From: Tubiluchus corallicola
Taxonomy: Eukaryota > Animalia > Priapulida
Direction of reading: 5' to 3'
NCBI GenBank assembly: GCA_030141605.1
Contig: JAQGDQ010000002.1
Coordinates: forward strand, 558,001-622,000
Length of the DNA stretch: 64,000 nt
The first letter of the stretch is position 1. Each line of letters begins with the position of its first letter. The notes under the pieces are model-generated. The model did not search any database, was not told the origin of the DNA, and worked only from the letters and a program-made list of their open reading frames with translations. The position numbers and the translations under genes were made by a program. Below are positions 50,750 through 64,000 of the stretch, one piece after another.

Positions 50750-52806
50750 AGGCCAGCCACAAAAAATTGTTTCTGTCTTACCTCCTGAGCCCAATAGATG
50801 TCAATAGGGAAGAAAAAAATTCTTTTAAAGCTTTGTGAATGTTTGAAGCTGAATCGTGGAATATTCAAGATCAGTTGAAATCAAAATTTGTTTATTTCCC
50901 ACTCGTTAGCAATAATGTTTCAAATGTTTTTAATGCACATTTTGCGCGCTTTGTTTTTTAGTTTCATATTACAGTAGGCGCTGCTTAATAGACTCATTTT
51001 GGGACCAAAGTGTTTTGACTCAATTAACCGACTGAACCTTGTAACCAATGGGTATAATATTACTGGTATCGAAATGAGTCACCAGGTTAGTATGCACTGC
51101 AAAGGTTTTTAATGAATTTTAGAAACGAAGTAATGCCTAAATTCCTTTGTGCAGTTTTTTTTAAACTTTGCGTATTTTTAAAATATTATTTTATATAATT
51201 AGCAATAAATTAAAAAGTATGCTCTTCTAAATCACACAAGTCTGTTTATTTGCAAAAATTACAAAAATTCCTTCAAAGTCGGCTGTTTCATTTTATCGCA
51301 AAGAAGTTGGCTCACAAAGTTTGTAAAATGGTAAAAACGTTGAAAATCTGTTGTTGTATGATGCACAAATTCTCGTAAAATATTTAGTGCTTGGTGTGCT
51401 TAAACGGTTGGTAGTGCCCGTGTTTCCCCGCAAGTGCTTTCGTCTGTAGTTTAGTCTAAGCTCCCACTTGCTATTGCGACGTACTTATTGTATTGTACCC
51501 GAGTCCCTGGTGTAACAGCAACATCTAACCGATTAAACTTTCTGGCAAAGACAACTAGAGATTCAAAAGCAAATCAGGAATTTTCAGCTTCCAGGAATTC
51601 TTGAGTAACGTAGTGGATGGGCAGGTCAAAGCAAACCATTAGGCTACATTCCTGCTTACAAACAAAACGGTACTTAGCATGACTGTTTCTATGTATATTA
51701 TAAGACAAAAGTGAACTAAGATGACATAAAAGTCATAAAAGCTTATTAGTCACATGAAAGTGTCTTATTGAAGCATGTGAAGCGAAAATATTGAGTCAAC
51801 TATGTGGAATTATTTGAGTCAATTACCAACAGTTTTTACGTACATTTGAATAGAAGCGGCCTGTACCAGGCTTTTTTCAGTCAATTAAGCGATTTGAGTC
51901 TATTAACCATGAGTCTATTAAGCGGCGCCTACTATACCAAATTATTGTCTAATTATCAATTATTGTATAGTCTCTTTTTTGTATCTTGAACATGTATGTT
52001 ATAATAATTATGGTATAAGTGGTAACACTAGTCAGCCATTAATATACCGATTTGGTGGAAAATTCCAAACTTTTTAGCATCCAATAAAATCAGCATCATA
52101 CAGAACAGCAACCCTGGCCGAGAGTTAGCCATGGAAAGCCATGGCAACATCCTGCATTTCCCGAAATATGTTATAATAATTACTGCGTTTTATGTTTTAA
52201 ATTAAAAAAACATGTTTTATATGACTGCATCAATTAACGGAACCGAGCAATTAAACGGAAACAGAAGTATTTTTACTTTTAGCCTGATAAACACCATTTA
52301 CAAATGCAGTGACAAACAAATCAGTGAATAGAAGAAGTTTATAATTCCCCACATAATTTAAATACCCCAACCCTAATCTAGCCCCAAACCAAACCTTAAC
52401 CCTAATACTAATCCACTTCGAGAGCTAATTTCTTATGTGTGGGAAATTGTAAACTTTAGCCAAATGAACTTTCATTATTCAAGTCATTTGGATAATATCT
52501 TTTGATATGTTAAATTACTGATAAGACAAGATAGTCTAAAAACAATTTTTGAAGCAGTAAACTTTACACGACTTGTGATCACTTGGTATTGGTGAACAGC
52601 AAATTTCATTGCCTTGTTACCCAAAAATGCCGATCGGGCATTACTGCTAATCAAAGGGAAATAAACTTTGATTTCAACTGATTTTAAATAATACATGATT
52701 CAGCTTTAAACATTCACAAAGCTTCAAAATAATTTTTTCTGAAAAAATTCCTCCCTTTTGAGCTCATGAGGTAAGACGGAAACAATTTTTGTTTTGTGGT
52801 TGGCCT
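50750..52806. mobile_element. TIR element with long imperfect inverted repeats, carrying nested insertions
   Basis: TA|AGGCCAGCCACAAAAAATTGTTTCTGTCTTACCTC pairs with GAGGTAAGACGGAAACAATTTTTG...GTGGTTGGCCT|TA; inner AAGCTTTGTGAATGTTTGAAGCTGAATC pairs with GATTCAGCTTTAAACATTCACAAAGCTT. Confidence 0.8.
50972..51934. mobile_element. pogo/Tigger-like non-autonomous element, copy 2, nested in 50750-52806
   Basis: TA|CAGTAGGCGCTGCTTAATAGACTCA ... TGAGTCTATTAAGCGGCGCCTACTA|TA; same family and orientation as 36780-37720. Confidence 0.88.
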
Positions 52807-55800
52807 TATTGTAATGGCACCCTCCACTCAGTGTGCCACTAGCAACACCTTCACAGGGCCTTGAATGATGATGGACAGCTTCACCTTGAGCATGCTCAGT
52901 AATTGACGACTGTGCAATTATATAAATTTATATAATCAGCAGCCTTTCTAAGAAAGCTATCTAGTGCAGTGTATCAGTTACTGTCAACACCACTGCATTT
53001 GTACATAGCCATACTGTTGTGTCAATGAAGTGTTTATTCTTTACGCATATTGCTTATACAACTAATATTACATTATAATAGAATATTTAAATTCAATATT
53101 TAATTTAATTTCACACACCTGACTGAGTACTAAGTTATTATAACAAGTTAATAAAAATATTTAGGTTTGCTCCAAGGGCGATTTAATAAAAAGGTGATAT
53201 GACTGGTTAAAGCACAACAAAACCCTTTATTTACATACCACAGAAATTCAACAAAATTATATACCACTTACAGGCTGTCTTATCGCATACAGGACTTGCA
53301 TTAACAGTAAAGTTGCATAAAACTTGTAAATTTAAACTCCTGTGACAGCCACACAGCTCGTTTGAAACATATAACATTGCGATGAGTTTGAAAAGATAAT
53401 CCGAGCATTCGTAGCACATTATTCGCTAACTAAGCAAAAATATAAACTACTAATCTTCTCAATACGATTAAAAATTCGTTATTTGGCGATTTAATGGTGC
53501 ACATAGGGAAGGTGAATCAATGAATGTCATTTTACCAGTCGGTGCAAACATGTTAAATTATTAAGAATTTTCCTTTCTAGTGACTAAGTATTTCAAGCAG
53601 GTAAGCGTGATGCTAAGTAATATAACTTTGTGTAGAAGACTATTTGAGGACATATTTTAAAATTGCCTTTTTTCACCATTAAACTTTAAAGAATAAATCG
53701 GTTTTGAAAAATTTGCTCCGCGTCAGTGCATGTGCATTATTAAATTTTAAGAGCATGAAATACCACAACGTACAACTTCTAATAGATATATAACATTCTT
53801 ACGGTGCAGGTTACTTGGGCAAATTAGTCACAGGTGGGTGCAAGTCAATTTGTTCAGAATTTTTGCAAAAATCCACATAACTACCACGCCATTTTTAAAA
53901 TGTCAGAACACAGAAGCACCAGGCAAATGCAATGAAAAAGATCGCGATCATTTTTGTTTTATTCAATCCAGTTTATTTGTACAGATACCTTCTAGTTACT
54001 GTGTAGCCGCTGTAACCGCTTCTAGTACATTAGCAATACAAAGAGGAAATACAATAATTTATAATTATATAAAAATATAAATTCGGCAAATTACACATAT
54101 ACATGACAAAATACAATTTATAGTTATATAAAAATGAAAATTTGACAAAGTAAAACAAATTATTCTATTATTCGAACACAATATAATATTCACATAAGTT
54201 TTTATTACATTACTATGACGCAAAAACTGGTATCAACATAAATTTCAGATAATAAGTTAATAATGATAATAACTGCTGGTTAAAAATTACATCATGACAT
54301 GACAACTTGAAAAATTTCAATTAATACTCATTTACTTTTCAGTGATTCATTTTATTCTAAGTTGCTATTTTCAGGACACTATTTACAGGAGTGTTAATTA
54401 AATACTGTCTGCAGCTATTAGAATTTCGAATCGCATCGAATTCGAGCTAAAAAAACTCGTTTATTTTTTCTTATTTTGAATAAAATGAATTTTTATGATT
54501 GGTGATGATGATGACGTGACTTTGCCAAAGTGTGTGGAAAGGACCTTCCCTGTACTTTGAATTTGATGCTTTGACAAGTTTCCGCCTCGTGCAGTGATGT
54601 TTTCTTGTGCTGCGTGCGGCTGCTTTAGTGCTTCTTAGGATGATACAAGTTCACTGCTTTAGTCTGCTATCTGGACTGTTTTACTGGTTTCTATTAGGCG
54701 CTTTGTTGAAACGGTAAGATTAATTATTAATATCTGAGCATTTGCAAATTACTTTGTTTGGTAGTGTAACTATTATTCTTTGGTGTCACGGCGTCAGTTA
54801 GTACTAGTCCATCAGAGGGCTCATACTTAATAAAAATACTGGCTTCTTAATTATCGTGAACGCCTCAATCATTAAAAAAGTTTAAATTTGGTGCATGAAT
54901 GACGCTCTCTGGCCGACTACTTGTTCACTACACACAGTGGGAAAGAAACGTGTGCACTAGTTTTTGTGCAGGATTTACATTGTTAGTGACTGTGTGTGAA
55001 CAATAGTGCGGCAAGTTTGAGTAATTTATCACATGAAACACAATTATCTACATTTGGGTATTTAGTTACCTCGTACAAGTTGGCTGTTCCTATTTTGTGT
55101 GTTGAAGTGAAGATATTTCTGTATGCAAAGCAGCTGCACAACATTACTGTAAGCACTAGACGCCCATCTTGAAGTTTTTGCAGTCTCTTGATGTCAGATT
55201 TCAACATAGAAAGAACCAGGAAAATGGAAAAGAGCTAAGATATTGGGACTGCAAATGAATGAAATTATCAGAATATGAAACTATGGCACTGCCGCGGAAG
55301 ATTGTTTATTCTGTGAACATTTTTGTATTTACTGTGGTTGCAACTAGCATCTATTATAGTTGATTATACTATTATACATGATTTGTATTTCCATTCAAAT
55401 TTGAGGTCTAATGTGGGTTGATAAAAATGTCAAAAGACCCATGTTAAGATTAGAGTGTAGCAATTTGCTATTTGCTACATCTAAATTTGTAAATGTGGTA
55501 GTGATTGGTTGGGTTTTCAGCAAAATTTGAAAGTTCATAAAGTACAATTGCCCGGAAGAAAGCAGTGTATTTGGTTTAGAAATAGTTGTCAGTTCAATAA
55601 CTGTTGTCAGTTATGTCAGTTGCATCAGACTTTTTCTTTGTTTGTTTGAGGCGTTTAACCTAGTGATTGTAGCTGTTGTGCACTACCAATTTATTGCCTA
55701 TTTGTGCATCCAGTATTACTGTAGCACCAAGGTAGGATGCAACAACGGTAGTTGCCTTCGGCAATTTGCAATTGTGCATATAAGCATGTGACTTTTCAAA

Positions 55801-56516
55801 ACTAGTATGAGTCAAACTTAACTTTATTATTAGCTACCCTTTTATAATGCAAGCAAATTGTAGCTGACATGTTGATTTTAAACTTTTTGAGTTATATGAT
55901 TATTTAGGTGAATATCAATGTTTACTTCAAATGCGTCAGATATAGCCTAGTTCAAGGCATACAAGTCTTAAGATTTTCGATTTACCTAAGCTATCTTGTA
56001 AATCTTATTTTATCTGTATTTTCTGGTGTTACCGGATTATTATGAGAGCTCTTACGTTTTTTTACAAAGTGTAAGTTTTTTATTTTTTTATCGATTTTAA
56101 AATCTGTACAGTTTTTTAACACTCCACAAATTATGCCCTTCCCTGGTACCCATGTGATCATGACGTATAAGCTACTTCCTCTTGTCTCATGGCCTGTCTG
56201 GCTTAATTTTATGCTATGCACGAAAGTTGTAATAATGCAGTTTACATCAATGACTAAACCAGCTATCCTAGCTAAGGGTAATTATGTAAATGTTTTTTTT
56301 TATTTTTCAGGTCTTCATTTGTGTTCAAGCTTCAGCTTCATCATTAGAATCCATCATTAGAATTTTAATTCAAGTGTATTTTAAGATGCTTGGTGACTTT
56401 GTATCGAACTGATCTGTACTCGTGTCTGAGACTTTAATAAAGACTTAACTGGTCTGGATTTACTGTTGGATATGAACTAAATAATTTGCAGTTGTTGGTC
56501 AGAACTGACCACATAA

Positions 56517-60588
<4,072 letters not shown>

Positions 60589-63500
60589 GTAAGTTGTTTT
60601 CTTCCATGGATGTTCATCATTGTATGCATTTATTTAAAAAGGTTCCAGAAAAATAACATGTCTGTTATGGCCCCATTGAAATTATTATTGTGGTATAACA
60701 CATTTCACTTGTAACTTGACACAGTTTTGTGAAGTCATGTGTTAGTTAGCACAATGGTAAATTTGAATTTTTTACATAGATTTGCCGAGTTAGTGCGAAT
60801 CATCGTCAATGTTGTACAGTGGAGCTGATTTTGAATTTTCACTTTTATAAACACTTAGCACTTTCACAGAATGTTTCTGCCATTAGAAAATTATGTTCAC
60901 TTGTGATGTCTTCACTAGCTATACTCGCTAGCCATTAATTAAGTTTCTAAACTAACATTTAATTACCAGAAGCATTTGGCATTATACATGGTAAAATGTA
61001 TATTTTTTTAGTATGCTTCAAATGGGATAGGATTTGAAAGATTGTTCTGTTCTCTTTTTAAATTTTTATAATTATAATTTTTACAATGCAAACTTTCTTC
61101 TTACAATGAGACAAATTATTTGGTAGCACAAAATTCACTTTATAATATAGCTAGAAATTAAAAATGACCTTTGCTTTTAACAGGCCCCTGATTGTTTCTT
61201 CGTATTACTGCTGTTGATGTAGTTCATGTAATTTATAATGCATAATTTTCTCACACAGTCTCACTTTTTGGCTTAATAAAGTTTTATATTGTGAATTATA
61301 ATTTTTATTTAAAATAAGCTGTGCTCTTTTTCTTTTACTAGAGCTATCTGCCGTCAGTCCCTGTTTCAGTTTCATGAATTGACAGATTGTAGTCATGAAA
61401 CATTTCATGAAAAGACAGTAATTAAGTAGAGTACCTCCTGGCAAGTGCAGAGTTGCCTGTAACAATCAAGTCCGTCAAGTAACTACTAACTTTGTAACTT
61501 TAGAGCTTACTCTACTAGCCTACAAACTTGCTATCCAAGTGAGATATTGAATCCATCAAAAATTTTCATTTGTTTTTTTTAAATTACCAAGAGCCTGTTT
61601 GTAAAGTAACTCGGCAAATAAATTTTATAAAATATTAGTCATAATTAAAGTACTTGGCCAAACGTATACTACAAAATTTCAGGAGATACTAATTAAGTCC
61701 TGTTTATGCTTTGTCTGTGATTTATTATTAGCTATGTGACATTTTGATATCTTTCACGTGGAAATTTCATCATACAGTGTTGCTTCAACACTAACTAAAC
61801 TATTTAATTTTGCGTGGTGGAGTGCTTTCAATGTATGACTTCCAACTAATTTTTGAGCACAACTCATTATTTCATATTAGCTGGGTTTATGTCCTTTTGA
61901 GAGTCTCTAAGGTCGTATTTCGCCATTTTGACCATCTGCACTTGATGGCTTGATGGTTGCTTTTAAAATTTTCATGGCACAATTTAAAATATCAAAATGC
62001 CAGTTTGTTGTGCTGGTTTCCATGTAGTCCCTCCTCCCCCCTCCCCCCTCCCCCCGTATTACACACTCCATGTTTCGTGCAGTGACAGATTATTAGAAAA
62101 TAGAAAAGTCAGAATGTTTTGAAGTTTGCTTCAAAGCTTTCTTATTGCTGCAGTGCTAATTAAGCTTACCTGTGGGGTATACAGTGTGCTGGTAACTAGG
62201 CACAGGTAGAAAAGTAATCAATATCAAATACAGGTTGGCAGTTATGCTGCCAGCGTAGAGACGCTCCAAATATTATTGCTGTGGAAAATTCCACTTATTC
62301 GAAGTATTTAGGAAGTAATTTAGGACTAAATTCATATTTTCATGCAAGCACAATTTAAAATAGTTAATTCGCAATTACCTCCTTGAAAATCAATTTCAAT
62401 TTTGCCACTAGTTTTAATAGTCTAGCTGTTCCCATTAGAAGGAGTAATTATAGAAAATATCAGGCAACAGCTAGAAGGGTAATTATAGCCGGTAGTTAAC
62501 TAATGGACTGCTGCGATAAAAGTGTAATATTTATACATTATAGGTAGCCAGGTTTGACTGTTTTAATGGCACAGGTGAAATATTATAGTGATTTATTAGT
62601 CATGTACAGGAATTACATGATTTAAGAACATCACTACCTTTGATTAATGTTGACTTGCTGGCAATTCTACATACGTATTATAAGAACCTTGAACTACAAA
62701 AAGTGGAGTAACTGCTGTAATGTTGTGTAAGATCTCATTCTGCTCTCGCACATTGTAAATTTTAGAAAATGGTTCTTTGTAACAAAACACTGTTGTAAAA
62801 TTTCTATTAATAAATGTTGTGACAGTGATGCTATAAGTATGTGGCACCATCTTCTGACAAGAAAATGAAGGCATTGCCAGTTTGTACTATTTTAAGTATC
62901 TTTCTCGGCTATTACGTGCATTTCAAGCACAGTTGTCATATCTTTGCTTGCCTTATTTTAAATTTTATAAAAGAATATAACAGTTTGAGACCAGTAGTTC
63001 TTGTACAGAGCATTTTGCAAATTGTGTTCCAGGCACTTGTACACTCAGAAGTGCGACATTTAAATCTGTGGTTCCAGAACTTAACGGCTGACTTATTTGA
63101 CGTCTTGGGCTGTAGCAAGACTAGAACACAAATTAACATACATCAAGATTAATTTTCTAACAGAGGTGTTTTAGCCACATTTTGGGTGCATAATTATATA
63201 ACTTCACGAATAAAAAAATTGCCGAAGGCAGCTTGGCATGTGAAACTATCCAAAGCAATTTTTTCGCAGGTACACTGGGCCCGCAAAAGTTCTAACTGTA
63301 TAACAAAAACACCATAACCAACGACCACTCGTTAGTTCTCAGGATGAATCTGTGATTAATTCAATACATGTAATTTAATAAGTAGCTAAAATCTCAAATG
63401 AGTCTCTCCTTCAATTTTAGTTGCTGTCAAACTATTTTATATCTTCTCTTTTGTTTTTCCAAAGAAAAATTGGAAAATCCAAAATTTTTAGTATAGCATG

Positions 63501-64000
63501 TATGAGTCACATACATATAATGTAAAAGTACAAAAACCCTGACTTCTGTTTGGTTTAGTCCAAATTTTCAAAATTACTTCTTGTAAAATTAAGCTGAACA
63601 CAGGAGGCTCGTTTTTTACTTCAGTTGTTTGGATCCTGCAGAATACCATGGTAGCTTCTACTGTTATCTACTACTTATTCTAGTTATTTTCATTGAACAT
63701 TTGGCTTTTCTTTATGTTTGTTGTTATTACAATGAAATCCAACGTACTTCCTGCAATCAAGCTTACCTATAATGAAACCAGTTAAGCTCATACTCAGTGC
63801 TCTGCTGCACCTGAGCCTTTCTGTTTATTTAAGCGTAGCTCAATAACCACTGTTTGAAGAAGCCCTCTGCTTGCACTGCTTGACAACGCAATGTTTATGC
63901 AAAAACACTAGTCTGCTGTACGCATGTACCAGCTGTTAGAGTTATAGTGGTAATTACCTGAACAGAATATTGATAGGTACTTTGATTAGCATACATTATT

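Noticed and set aside
54510-54590. CRE-, CHR- and E2F-like motifs (TGACGT, TTTGAA, TTTCCGCC) near the putative CDKL1/FZR1 promoter
   Set aside because: Short motifs expected by chance; spacing does not fit a CDE/CHR module and the transcription start is unmapped.
55982-56281. Possible decayed piggyBac-like MITE (TTACCTAAGCTA ... TAGCTAAGGGTAA)
   Set aside because: Inverted repeat too short and imperfect, and no TTAA TSD.

Overview
AT-rich, intron-containing animal (invertebrate-like) genomic DNA; the species cannot be determined from the sequence. Six host genes were reconstructed exon by exon with consistent reading-frame phases: the 3' half of TAF6L (+), ZFYVE19/ANCHR (-), TONSL (-, 15 coding exons, about 1403 aa), an FBXL12-like F-box/LRR gene (+), FZR1/Cdh1 with an intronless CDS (-), and the first three coding exons of a CDKL1-like kinase (+). 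The most striking element is a complete 8.5-kb LTR retrotransposon in TONSL intron 10, antisense to the gene. It has a GATGT target-site duplication (TSD), about 1.17-kb TG...CA LTRs, a tRNA-Leu-type primer-binding site (PBS), a polypurine tract (PPT) and one intact gag-pol ORF. The RT/RNase H is Ty3/Gypsy-type but the integrase lies upstream of RT, and Gag carries a SCAN-like capsid domain, which makes it Gmr1-like. Its two LTRs differ only in their first ~820 bp and are identical over the last 358 bp. Introns and intergenic regions hold many non-autonomous DNA transposons (pogo/Tigger-like, Merlin-like, P/hAT-like, foldback) and decayed CR1/L2-type LINE pieces. All calls come from manual reading; no database searches were run. 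I found no clearly new biological system, but list several testable oddities.
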